DNA from: Natronincola peptidivorans | GTDB taxonomy: Bacteria > Bacillota > Clostridia > Peptostreptococcales > Natronincolaceae | Assembly: GCF_900111615.1 (NCBI RefSeq) | Contig: NZ_FOHU01000001.1 | Coordinates: 189,400-213,399, forward strand | Direction of reading: 5' to 3' | DNA length: 24,000 nucleotides | Shown: one piece after another, positions 1 to 8,564 of the stretch | Layout: every line of letters starts with the position of its first letter | Position numbering within the stretch: position 1 is the first letter of the stretch | Made by a program: the position numbers and the translations under genes | The notes under the pieces: generated by a model | What the model was told of the DNA's origin: nothing | The model's database searches: none | The model's input: the letters and a program-made list of their open reading frames with translations, nothing else

Positions 1-1387
1 TCAACTTAGAATGGACGTAATAGGAAACAATATCGCCAACGTAAATACAGTGGGATATAAAGGTTCCAGGGTAACCTTTCAAGAGGTCTTTAGCCAAACC
101 CTTAGAGGCGCTGGTGCACCGCAGGCAGGTAGAGGAGGAACAAATCCTCAACAGGTAGGTCTAGGGATCAATGTAGCTTCAATGGATACCTTCCATATCA
201 GAGGGGCTGTTGAAAGAACCGACTACAACACAGACCTGATGATTAATGGAGAAGGATTCTTTATTGTATCAAATGATGCAAACTTCTTAAACAGAAGCTA
301 TACAAGAGCAGGGAGCTTTGCTTTAGATGAAGCGGGAAATCTTGTGACACCGGAGGGATTACGGGTATTGGGTTATATGTATGATGCAGAGACAGGAAGA
401 ATGGGTACTGCAATGGAGGGGCTGCAAATATCTAGGGGAATGAGTTATCCCGCCATGTCGACTGGAGTGCCATCAAACAATGATGGAACACTTATCGAGG
501 CAGGAGCCACAATACCTAATGGAGTTACATTTGATGGGAATTTAAATGCAGATACAAAAGTTTATGCTGGAGCAGCAGGTACCCCACCAACGTTTACAAT
601 CCCAGCTGAAGGAGCAGATGGTTACCCATTAAGAATAGATGACTTACTAGATGATGATAATAAAAGTGCTGTTGCCAGGGACACTACCTTTACAGTATAT
701 GATGAATTAGGAGGAACCCATGAGGTAAGGTTAGCATTTGTTAAAGTAGCCCCAAATAGATATGAAGTGTGTGTGGTTAATAAAGAAGGCGTACTGTCTA
801 GCGAAGTACCACCTCATACAATTCTTTTTGATAGTAATGGAAAAATTATTGATGACGATGCTAATGGTAACGATGGGATAGTAATGACATTAGTAAGAAG
901 AGGAGAGGGTGACCCTCCATTATTAGATAATGGTGCTAGACCATTTACTTTCAATATTAATTTGGGGCAACTCACACAGTTTTCTAACGAATCCGATGCT
1001 TCTGCCTCAGATATTAGGGGCTTCAAACAAGGAAGCCTAGACACCTTCGCCATTGATAGTAATGGCGTCATCACAGGCTATTTCACCAATGGACAGATGC
1101 GTCCTGTTGGACAAGTGGCACTAGCCAACTTTAGAAACCCTGCTGGACTAGAAAAGGCTGGCAATAACCTTTATAGAGTGACACCAAACTCAGGTGAACC
1201 CTTGGTAGGAAACCCTGGAACTGGTGGAAGGGGTGCTTTAAACCCAGGAGCCTTGGAGATGTCTAATGTTGATTTATCCAGAGAGTTCACTGACATGATT
1301 ACTACCCAGAGGGGCTTCCAAGCTAATTCCAGAATCATAACAACCAGTGATGAAATGCTTCAAGAAGTAGTGAATATGAAGCGGTAA
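1..1387 (+). CDS. flgE: Flagellar hook protein FlgE (5' partial; true N-terminus lies upstream of the window)
   Basis: The frame is open from base 2 (QLR precedes the first Met). DVIGNNIANVNTVGYK at the N-terminal end and LEMSNVDLSREFTDMITTQRGFQANSRIITTSDEMLQE at the C-terminus are the conserved flagellar rod/hook motifs. The long variable central domain is typical of hook proteins. Stop TAA at 1385-1387. Confidence 0.93.
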   Translation, partial: QLRMDVIGNNIANVNTVGYKGSRVTFQEVFSQTLRGAGAPQAGRGGTNPQQVGLGINVASMDTFHIRGAVERTDYNTDLMINGEGFFIVSNDANFLNRSYTRAGSFALDEAGNLVTPEGLRVLGYMYDAETGRMGTAMEGLQISRGMSYPAMSTGVPSNNDGTLIEAGATIPNGVTFDGNLNADTKVYAGAAGTPPTFTIPAEGADGYPLRIDDLLDDDNKSAVARDTTFTVYDELGGTHEVRLAFVKVAPNRYEVCVVNKEGVLSSEVPPHTILFDSNGKIIDDDANGNDGIVMTLVRRGEGDPPLLDNGARPFTFNINLGQLTQFSNESDASASDIRGFKQGSLDTFAIDSNGVITGYFTNGQMRPVGQVALANFRNPAGLEKAGNNLYRVTPNSGEPLVGNPGTGGRGALNPGALEMSNVDLSREFTDMITTQRGFQANSRIITTSDEMLQEVVNMKR

Positions 1388-1394
1388 TTTTATC

Positions 1395-1426
1395 CAGTAG
1401 CAGCGTGTTCTACTGCGCTGCTACTG
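1395..1426 (+). promoter_or_regulatory. Perfect 11-bp stem hairpin (CAGTAGCAGCG / CGCTGCTACTG, 10-nt loop) just downstream of flgE, with no following U-tract
   Basis: Inverted repeat read directly: 1395-1405 pairs with 1416-1426. It is followed by AGTAAATAAAAGG rather than a T-run, so it is not a canonical intrinsic terminator. It may be an mRNA stabiliser, processing site or attenuator. Confidence 0.5.
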
Positions 1427-1478
1427 AGTAAATAAAAGGATTCTATCTGCAGTTTGTAATATTTGAATAAAGGAAAAG

Positions 1479-1694
1479 ATGATGATGATAAAATTAAAAA
1501 GATTAAATAAAAGTGAAGTTCTGTTAAATTGTGATATGATAGAGCTTGTGGAAGAAACTCCCGATACAGTTATAACCCTAGCTAATGGACATAAGATTGT
1601 TGTATTAGAAAGTGCAGAAGAAATCACTGAAAAAGTTATAGAATATAAAAAGAAAATATATGGCTTTCATCCTCAAAACGAAAGACTGGTTTAA
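1479..1694 (+). CDS. flbD: Flagellar protein FlbD
   Basis: 71-aa protein. IKLKRLNKSEVLLNCDMIELVEETPDTVITLANGHKIVVLES fits the small FlbD family that precedes motAB in Firmicutes and spirochetes. Three consecutive ATGs make the start ambiguous by 1-2 codons. Confidence 0.85.
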   Translation: MMMIKLKRLNKSEVLLNCDMIELVEETPDTVITLANGHKIVVLESAEEITEKVIEYKKKIYGFHPQNERLV

Positions 1695-1711
1695 GGAAAA
1701 GAGGTGTAGAT

Positions 1712-2497
1712 TTGGACATAGCAACAATTATAGGGATAGTAGTAGGTTTGATATTTGTTATTTCAGGTATTTTAGTGAATGGTGAATTAACTATCTATTT
1801 TAGTGTGGCATCTATCCTGATTGTGGTAGGGGGGACCATATCAGCAACCTTTGTTGCATACCCATTACCCAAGGTTTTAGAGGCCATGAAAATAGCCTCA
1901 AAAGCATTTTCTAACAAGGAGACAGAGCCTGGAATCATAATTTCTAGGGTCATTGGATTAGCTAACACTGCCAGAAAGGAAGGCTTATTGGCGCTGGAGG
2001 AAGCGGCTGAAGAAATAGAGGATACCTTTCTACAAAAAGGTGTCATGCTAATCGTGGATGGCACTGACCCAGAGTTAGTAAGAAATTTATTAGAAACTGA
2101 GCTGGCTTTTATTGAGGAAAGACATAAAGATGGACAAGGTATATTTGAAGCAATGGGTACTTTCTCACCTGCCTTCGGTATGATAGGAACATTGATTGGA
2201 CTAATAAATATGTTAAGAACATTAGATGATCCTTCAACCATAGGCCCAAGTATGGCAGTAGCACTAATAACAACTTTTTATGGTTCCTTGCTGGCGAACC
2301 TCATATTTCTTCCTATGGCCAACAAGCTAAAGCTTAAGAGTAGGGAAGAAATATTAAGAAAAGAGATTATGGTGGAAGGATTATTATCAATCCAAGCGGG
2401 AGAAAACCCAAGAATCATTGAAGAAAAGCTAAAGGCCTTTTTACCACCTAAAGTAAGAGTGCAATTGCAGCAAAAACAGGAAGGTGTTGAAGCTTAA
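1712..2497 (+). CDS. motA: Flagellar stator protein MotA
   Basis: TTG start downstream of an AGAGGTG SD. Multi-pass membrane protein with the MotA/TolQ/ExbB channel signature (AVALITTFYGSLLANLIFLPMANKL). TAATG overlap with motB suggests translational coupling. Confidence 0.92.
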   Translation: MDIATIIGIVVGLIFVISGILVNGELTIYFSVASILIVVGGTISATFVAYPLPKVLEAMKIASKAFSNKETEPGIIISRVIGLANTARKEGLLALEEAAEEIEDTFLQKGVMLIVDGTDPELVRNLLETELAFIEERHKDGQGIFEAMGTFSPAFGMIGTLIGLINMLRTLDDPSTIGPSMAVALITTFYGSLLANLIFLPMANKLKLKSREEILRKEIMVEGLLSIQAGENPRIIEEKLKAFLPPKVRVQLQQKQEGVEA

Positions 2498-3243
2498 TGG
2501 CCAGAAAGAGGGGGAGACAAGAAGAAACAAAAAAAGGTTCTCCTGAGTGGATGACTACTTATGGAGATATGGTGACTTTACTATTATGTTTTTTCATACT
2601 ACTCTTTGCCTTTTCGGAGATTGATGCAAAAAAATTTGAAGCAGTAATTCGATCATTTCAGGGCTCCCTAGGTATTTTGGACTCTGGAAAAACAATTGAG
2701 CAAAGTGAGTATATTACCAGTGCTATGCAAGATGAATTAACTACAAACCAGTTAGAAGAGCTTGAGGATTTCAGGAAATTAGAGGAACGGTTACGACAGT
2801 TTTTAGAGGCCAATGAACTTGATGCAGATGTATTAATTACCTTAGAAACTAGGGGGTTAGTTCTGCGATTTCAGGATAATGTGCTATTTGATCCTGGGCT
2901 GGCTGAACTAAAAGAAAGATCAAAAGAAATTCTTTCATTTATAGCGGAAGTATTGTATGAACCCGAGTTTGAAAAAAAATTTGTAAGGGTAGAAGGACAC
3001 ACTGATAATGTTCCTATGAGCTCATATAGGTATCCTTCCAACTGGGAATTGTCTGTATCAAGAGCTACGAATGTCGTAAGGCATTTTATTGAGGAACTTG
3101 GACTTGAGCCAGATAAATTTTCTGCAGCGGGGTATGGAGAGTATCACCCAGTAGCTGAAAATGATTCGGCAGAAAACAAAGCGAAAAATAGACGGGTGGA
3201 TATTGTGATTTTAAAATCTGAATTAACTATTTCTACACCCTAG
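2497..3243 (+). CDS. motB: Flagellar stator protein MotB (OmpA-like peptidoglycan-binding C-terminus)
   Basis: Single N-terminal TM helix carrying the conserved Asp (TYGDMVTLLLCFFILLFAFS). C-terminal OmpA-like domain (VEGHTDNVP ... SNWELSVSRA ... NRRVDIVI). Confidence 0.92.
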   Translation: MARKRGRQEETKKGSPEWMTTYGDMVTLLLCFFILLFAFSEIDAKKFEAVIRSFQGSLGILDSGKTIEQSEYITSAMQDELTTNQLEELEDFRKLEERLRQFLEANELDADVLITLETRGLVLRFQDNVLFDPGLAELKERSKEILSFIAEVLYEPEFEKKFVRVEGHTDNVPMSSYRYPSNWELSVSRATNVVRHFIEELGLEPDKFSAAGYGEYHPVAENDSAENKAKNRRVDIVILKSELTISTP

Positions 3244-3271
3244 TAATTGAGGGAATTGGGGGTAAAACAAT

Positions 3272-3688
3272 ATGAATTTAAAAAAAATACTTTTATATTC
3301 ATTGATAGGTTTTATTTTATCAGGGGTATTTTTTGGAACAATATTATACTTCACAGTTTTTAGAACGCCAAAGGATGCTGTTGAAAACATAGAGCTTTAT
3401 GAATTTTATATCGGCAGTTTTTCTACTAATTTAAGTCATCCTAGAAACTTTTTCTAAGGAGAAATTGTTGCAGAAACAAATGATAGAAGATTGATAAAGA
3501 AGTTTGAAGAAAAAAATGCAGAATTGAGAGATCAAATAATTAAAACTATACTTAGTAAAGAGCCAGAAGATATATTAAGCCCTGAAGGGCAACAACAATT
3601 GAGGCAGGAAATATTACAAACGATTTCTCAGGTAATGGCGTCAGATAGGATCACCAATGTATATTTTACTGACTATATTGTTCAATAG
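3272..3688 (+). pseudogene. fliL: fliL (flagellar basal-body-associated protein FliL) interrupted by one in-frame TAA at 3455-3457
   Basis: ORFs 3272-3457 and 3491-3688 are in the same frame. Conceptual read-through gives 138 codons with a FliL layout: an N-terminal TM helix (ILLYSLIGFILSGVFFGTILYF), an FSTNL segment, then AELRDQIIKTILSKEPEDILSPEGQQQLRQEILQTISQVMASDRITNVYFTDYIVQ. It also sits in the canonical position between motB and fliM. Confidence 0.8.
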
Positions 3689-3700
3689 GAGGTGATATAA

Positions 3701-4696
3701 TTGTCTGATGTTTTATCGCAAAATGAAATAGATGCTCTACTAAATGCCCTAAGTACTGGAGAACTAGATGTTGAAGAAATTAAAGAAGATAAACAAGATA
3801 AAAAAATAAGACCGTATGACTTTAAAAGCCCTAAGAAGCTTGCAAAGGACCAGCTGAGAACAATACAGATTATACATGAAAATTTCTCAAGGATGTTAAA
3901 TACCTTCTTGTCGGGGTATCTGAGAAGTTATGTTCAAGCAGAGGTTTCTTCTGTAGAAGAATTGTCTTACTATGAATTTAACAACTCAATTGTTAACCCT
4001 GCTGTTATTTCTATCATTAATTTTCAACCTCTTACAGGACAAATTATTGCCGACTTATCACCTTCAATAGCCTACACATTAATAGATAGGATATTAGGTG
4101 GAAGTGGTAAGAGTTATGAAGATATTAGAACCTTCACAGAAATAGAAACAACTCTAATTAAGAAGCTAATGAGACAAATAATTGACTTAATGATTGATCC
4201 ATGGGAAAATGTTATTGAACTTCAACCTACACTAGAGAAAATTGAAACAAATTCTCAATTTGCTCAGATTGTTTCGCCCAATGAGACTGTTGCCTTGGTA
4301 ACACTGAATCTAAGAATAGGGGATGTGGAAGGTATGCTCAATCTTTGTATACCCCATATCGTGATTGAGCCTATTTTACCAAAGTTAAGCACAAAGTTTT
4401 GGTTTTCAAGTATCAGTAAAACAATCACTGAAGAAGATAAAGAAACATTAAAAAACCGCGTGGAAAAAAGCAAGGTAAAAATTGGTGCGCAACTAGGGTC
4501 TACTTATATTACTGTAAAGGATTTTCTTGAATTGCAAACTGGAGATGTGATTTTATTAGACAAGCTTGCAAAGGATGAAATTGAAATTATGGTGGGAGAA
4601 AAAAGAAAGCATTATGGTGTTCCAGGGACGATAAACAATAAATTAGCAGTAAAAGTAACAAGAATTGACAAGGAAGGAGATGAACTAGATGAGTGA
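3701..4696 (+). CDS. fliM: Flagellar motor switch protein FliM
   Basis: TTG start 7 nt after AGGAGGTG. N-terminal LSQNEIDALL CheY-P binding peptide, FliM middle domain and a C-terminal SpoA/FliN-like domain. 8-nt overlap with fliY. Confidence 0.93.
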   Translation: MSDVLSQNEIDALLNALSTGELDVEEIKEDKQDKKIRPYDFKSPKKLAKDQLRTIQIIHENFSRMLNTFLSGYLRSYVQAEVSSVEELSYYEFNNSIVNPAVISIINFQPLTGQIIADLSPSIAYTLIDRILGGSGKSYEDIRTFTEIETTLIKKLMRQIIDLMIDPWENVIELQPTLEKIETNSQFAQIVSPNETVALVTLNLRIGDVEGMLNLCIPHIVIEPILPKLSTKFWFSSISKTITEEDKETLKNRVEKSKVKIGAQLGSTYITVKDFLELQTGDVILLDKLAKDEIEIMVGEKRKHYGVPGTINNKLAVKVTRIDKEGDELDE

Positions 4697-5837
4697 TATG
4701 CTATCCCAAGAAGAAATAGATGCTCTCCTTAGTGGAAGTAGTACCAGTACAGGTAGTGAAGATGAAGAAACTCTTGACTTTACAACCATTGAAAAGGATG
4801 CCATAGGCGAGATAGGCAATATCAGCATGGGTACCGCTGCAACAACATTATCTACACTATTGGGTCACAGAGTAAAGATTACTACACCCAAGGTTTCAGT
4901 TATGACAATGCAGGAACTTTCTGAGCAATATCCTATTCCTTTTGTAGCAGTAGACGTGAGATATAAAGAAGGAATTCAGGGAATCAACTTACTCATTATT
5001 AAGGTGGATGATGTCAAAATAATTACTGATTTAATGATGGGAGGAAATGGGACAATTTCTGAAGAACCTTTAACGGAATTGCATTTGAGTGCTATTAGTG
5101 AAGCTATGAACCAAATGGTAGGATCATCTTCTACATCATTATCAGAAATGTTTTCTAAAAAAATAGATATACATCCTCCTAGATCTTTTGAAATACAGAT
5201 GAATCCAAATGAACTTGATGATGTTTTCACCAATGAGCAAGAAAAAATAGTGAGAATAGCATTTAAAATGGAAATTGAAGGGTTAATAGAAAGTCAAATT
5301 ATGCAATTAATCCCAATAGATTTTGCAAAAGAAATGGTAGAACTATTAATGCCTACTAATACCAGTGAACCACAATCTTCTTCTGTATTTGATGAAACGG
5401 TAAATAGTAGTATAGATGAAAACCATCAGCAAATGGATAGCGTAATGATGAATACCTCCTTTGCTCACGAAGTACAGGAAGAGAAAACAACTGCCAATCA
5501 ACAAGTTCGTCAAAATCCAAAAGTGAATGTTCAGCCCGTAGAATTTCAATCCTTTGATCAAGATACTTATAGAGGTGTACCAGAGAATATTGCATTGATA
5601 CAAGATGTACCTTTAAAAGTAACTGTAGAGCTTGGAAGAACTGTTAAGAGAATTAACGAGGTATTAGAATTTGGTCCTGGCACTATTATTGAGCTTGATA
5701 AATTAGTTGGTGAGCCATTAGATATACTTGTTAATGGACAATATGTGGCTAAGGGAGAGGTTGTTGTTATTGATGAGAACTATGGTATGAGAATAACAGA
5801 CATTGTAAATCCCAACAAAAGAATTAGTAAAATCTAA
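4689..5837 (+). CDS. fliY: Flagellar motor switch phosphatase FliY (CheC-like domain plus FliN/SpoA C-terminal domain)
   Basis: N-terminal LSQEEIDALL peptide. Two complete CheC-type motifs D/S-x3-E-x2-N-x22-P (DAIGEIGN...TTP and SAISEAMN...HPP). A Q/S/N-rich linker, then a FliN-like C-terminus (VPLKVTVELGRT...IIELDKLVGEPLDILVNGQYVAKGEVVVIDENYGMRITDI). Confidence 0.92.
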   Translation: MSDMLSQEEIDALLSGSSTSTGSEDEETLDFTTIEKDAIGEIGNISMGTAATTLSTLLGHRVKITTPKVSVMTMQELSEQYPIPFVAVDVRYKEGIQGINLLIIKVDDVKIITDLMMGGNGTISEEPLTELHLSAISEAMNQMVGSSSTSLSEMFSKKIDIHPPRSFEIQMNPNELDDVFTNEQEKIVRIAFKMEIEGLIESQIMQLIPIDFAKEMVELLMPTNTSEPQSSSVFDETVNSSIDENHQQMDSVMMNTSFAHEVQEEKTTANQQVRQNPKVNVQPVEFQSFDQDTYRGVPENIALIQDVPLKVTVELGRTVKRINEVLEFGPGTIIELDKLVGEPLDILVNGQYVAKGEVVVIDENYGMRITDIVNPNKRISKI

Positions 5838-5897
5838 TACAATAGTTAGCTTTCAAAAATACTTTTATTATTAGAAATTTTTAAGGAGGAATAAATC

Positions 5898-6260
5898 ATG
5901 TCCAAAGGAATTTTAATTGTTGATGATGCTGCATTTATGAGAATGATGATTAAAGATGTTTTAACAAAAAATGGGTTTGAGGTTATAGGAGAAGCTGAAA
6001 ATGGTCTTAAAGCAGTTGAAAAATACAAGGAATTAAATCCTTTATTAACAATCATGGATATAACTATGCCTGAAATGGATGGTATTCAGGCGGTGAAAGA
6101 GATTAAAAAGAATAATGCTGACGCTAAGGTTATTATGTGTTCTGCCATGGGACAACAAGCGATGGTTATTGAAGCTATTCAAGCAGGAGCAAAAGATTTT
6201 ATTGTAAAACCTTTTCAAGCAGATCGTGTGATTGAAGCTGTGAAAAAAGTAATAGGCTAA
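5898..6260 (+). CDS. cheY: Chemotaxis response regulator CheY
   Basis: 120-aa stand-alone receiver domain: acidic pair in ILIVDDAAFMR, phospho-acceptor Asp in IMDITMPEMDG, conserved Lys in VKPF. AAGGAGG SD upstream. Confidence 0.93.
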   Translation: MSKGILIVDDAAFMRMMIKDVLTKNGFEVIGEAENGLKAVEKYKELNPLLTIMDITMPEMDGIQAVKEIKKNNADAKVIMCSAMGQQAMVIEAIQAGAKDFIVKPFQADRVIEAVKKVIG

Positions 6261-6275
6261 TCAAGCTAGTATAGG

Positions 6276-6692
6276 ATGATGTTACAAAATATATATACTG
6301 TTTTTACTGTTGTTTCAATGATTATCATAGTAATTTTCATGGCGTACTTTGTAACAAGTATTATAGGAAAAAAAACAAACTTTTACTTTCAAGGACGAAG
6401 TGTAAAGGTTTTAGAACGAACAGCTTTAACGGCACAACTAACAATTATGGCAATACAGGTTTTAGATAAAGTATATATCTTAGCTGTCCAAAGTAAAAAC
6501 ATTGAAGTAATAGATACATTGGATTATATTGAATGGATTGAGTATAAAAAGAATCATGAGGTGTGTGAAGGGGAAGAATTAGCTCCCTTTATAAAAAGGT
6601 CGCTGGATATAATAAAAAAACCATTAACCAAAAAAAATGCAAAAGACAGCTGCAAAAAGGGTGATAAAAATAGAAACCATGAAAGAAAATAG
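6276..6692 (+). CDS. fliO: Flagellar biosynthesis protein FliO/FliZ
   Basis: N-terminal TM helix followed by the FliO core (VKVLERTALTAQLTIMAIQVLDKVYILAV). It lies directly upstream of, and overlaps, fliP. The C-terminal tail is lysine-rich. Confidence 0.8.
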   Translation: MMLQNIYTVFTVVSMIIIVIFMAYFVTSIIGKKTNFYFQGRSVKVLERTALTAQLTIMAIQVLDKVYILAVQSKNIEVIDTLDYIEWIEYKKNHEVCEGEELAPFIKRSLDIIKKPLTKKNAKDSCKKGDKNRNHERK

Positions 6693-7473
6693 GCATTATA
6701 AACATAAAAGACATAGAAAGAAAACAGTATTTTTGGTTTTGACTATTTTATTTGTAATCCTAGCCACTACTGTTAGCGTTTATGCTCAACCTACATTACC
6801 TATTCCAAGGATTGGATTAAACATAGAGGAGGCAGAAAATCCTCAAGAGATGGCAACATCGATACAAATATTGTTTTTATTAACTATTTTATCGTTAGCA
6901 CCTGCCATCTTAATCATGATGACAAGTTTTACTAGAATCATTATTGTTTTATCCTTTTTAAGAAATGCAATAGCCACACAACAAACGCCGCCAACACAAG
7001 TGTTGATTGGTTTAGCGCTTTTTCTTACCTTCTTTACTATGGCACCTATTGCTGCAAATATCAATGAAAATGCAATTCAGCCGTATATGCAGGAAGAAAT
7101 AAGTCAACCAGAGGCGATAAGCCTAGCTATGGAGCCTATTAGAGAATTTATGATGAGACAAACAAGAGAAAAAGATTTAGCTCTATTTATTGAAATGTCT
7201 AATGTAGAAGGACCAGTTGAGGTTAGTGATGTATCAAATATAGTGTTAATTCCTGCTTTTATCATAAGTGAACTGAAAACTGCTTTTCAGTTAGGGTTTG
7301 TGCTGTTTATACCTTTTATTGTAATTGATATGGTGGTAGCAAGTACTTTGATGTCTATGGGAATGATGATGTTACCTCCCGCAATGATTTCTTTACCTTT
7401 TAAGCTGTTGTTATTTGTTATGGTTGATGGATGGAATGTTTTAATTCGATCTCTTATTACAAGCTTCCGTTAG
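6679..7473 (+). CDS. fliP: Flagellar export apparatus protein FliP
   Basis: Signal-peptide-like N-terminus (VFLVLTILFVILATTVSVYA) and the conserved FliP core (MTSFTRIIIVLSFLRNAIATQQTPPTQVLIGLALFLTFFTMAP; MLPPAMISLPFKLLLFVMVDGW). The start is uncertain: ATG 6679 is preferred, and ATG 6637 is the longest ORF. Confidence 0.9.
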   Translation: MKENRHYKHKRHRKKTVFLVLTILFVILATTVSVYAQPTLPIPRIGLNIEEAENPQEMATSIQILFLLTILSLAPAILIMMTSFTRIIIVLSFLRNAIATQQTPPTQVLIGLALFLTFFTMAPIAANINENAIQPYMQEEISQPEAISLAMEPIREFMMRQTREKDLALFIEMSNVEGPVEVSDVSNIVLIPAFIISELKTAFQLGFVLFIPFIVIDMVVASTLMSMGMMMLPPAMISLPFKLLLFVMVDGWNVLIRSLITSFR

Positions 7474-7483
7474 AGGTGATATT

Positions 7484-7753
7484 TTGAATGAAGCTATGGT
7501 TATTGAACTAGGTCAACAAACAATGTTTACTATCTTACTAATGGCAGCGCCGATGTTAGGGCTAGGTCTTTTAGTAGGTTTATCAGTTAGTATTTTTCAA
7601 GCAACTACACAAATTCAAGAAGCAACACTAGCGTTTATTCCTAAAATCATTGTAGTTTTAGGATCTGTTGTCATATTTGGTCCATGGTTATTATCTGTTA
7701 TTATTAATTTTACATCAACACTATATACAAATATGAGTAGTTTTATTCAGTAA
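7484..7753 (+). CDS. fliQ: Flagellar export apparatus protein FliQ
   Basis: 89-aa two-TM protein with FliQ size and pattern (LLMAAPMLGLGLLVGLSVSIFQATTQIQEATLAFIPKI). TTG start after an AGAGGTGA SD. Confidence 0.9.
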   Translation: MNEAMVIELGQQTMFTILLMAAPMLGLGLLVGLSVSIFQATTQIQEATLAFIPKIIVVLGSVVIFGPWLLSVIINFTSTLYTNMSSFIQ

Positions 7754-7756
7754 AGT

Positions 7757-8560
7757 GTGGTTAAATTTATGAACAATTTATATGACATGATTGCTTTAAA
7801 TATTGACTTATTTATTCTTATTCTAATTAGAGTAAGTGGTTTATTTATAATAGCACCTATTTTTGGCAGAAATAATCTTCCAATGATTATGAAAATCGGT
7901 TTATCGGCACTAGTAGCATTTATTTTGTTACCAACGATTTCTACAAATTTTACGTTGCAGCAATACAGCTTTATGGCTCTGGGCATAAATGCAGCAAAAG
8001 AATTATTATTAGGAATAATTATAGGCTACATTTGTTTTCTATACTTTAGTACGCTATATTTAGCAGGTACGATTATTGATACACAAATGGGATTTGGTAT
8101 GGTTAATGTATTTGATCCTCAATTAAACATACAAATGCCTATCATGGGTAACTTTTATAATTTAATGGTAACTTTATTATTCTTGATTTTTGATGGACAT
8201 CATCTCATTATTAGAGGATTAGTTTATAGTTATGAATTGTTACCTATCGGCTTCACTTTTATTATAAGTGAAGATATTATTTCAAAGTTAATAGTTATTA
8301 TGATGGAAGTATTTATCCTGGCTTTTAAATTTAGTGCGCCAATATTAGTAACGATCCTTCTAGCAAATCTATTGCTAGGGATATTAGCTAGAACCATGCC
8401 ACAAATGAATGTTTTTATTGTTGGATTACCATTTAAAATTATTATTGGTTTGCTAACAGCTACTATTACCTTGCAGTTCCTAGTGCCTTTTTCAGAAAGA
8501 TTATTTGATAGGATGTTTGGAGCTTTACAAGATATCATGTATATCCTATCCAGAGGATGA
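7757..8560 (+). CDS. fliR: Flagellar export apparatus protein FliR
   Basis: Polytopic membrane protein in the canonical fliPQR position (FILILIRVSGLFIIAPIFG ...). The start is either GTG 7757 or ATG 7769. Confidence 0.88.
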   Translation: MVKFMNNLYDMIALNIDLFILILIRVSGLFIIAPIFGRNNLPMIMKIGLSALVAFILLPTISTNFTLQQYSFMALGINAAKELLLGIIIGYICFLYFSTLYLAGTIIDTQMGFGMVNVFDPQLNIQMPIMGNFYNLMVTLLFLIFDGHHLIIRGLVYSYELLPIGFTFIISEDIISKLIVIMMEVFILAFKFSAPILVTILLANLLLGILARTMPQMNVFIVGLPFKIIIGLLTATITLQFLVPFSERLFDRMFGALQDIMYILSRG

Positions 8561-8564
8561 TCAT

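Noticed and set aside
3440-3495. Programmed frameshift, alternative genetic code or independent restart as the explanation for the fliL stop
   Set aside because: Homology continues in the same frame, so no frameshift is needed. TAA is a genuine terminator for other genes in the window. The only in-frame candidates after the AAGGAG are ATT, which is too close, and TTG 3491, which is about 30 nt away. Independent translation of the C-terminal piece therefore looks unlikely. Rare read-through cannot be excluded from sequence alone.
5838-5897. fliY-cheY intergenic spacer as a possible internal promoter or regulatory site
   Set aside because: It is AT-rich but has no convincing -35/-10 pair, SigD motif or stable inverted repeat. 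It contains only the AAGGAGG SD for cheY.
8505-8564. N-terminal extension of flhB from the ORF-track start
   Set aside because: It overlaps the end of fliR by 56 nt and adds non-conserved residues. ATG 8565 has an AGAGGA SD and begins the conserved FlhB N-terminus.
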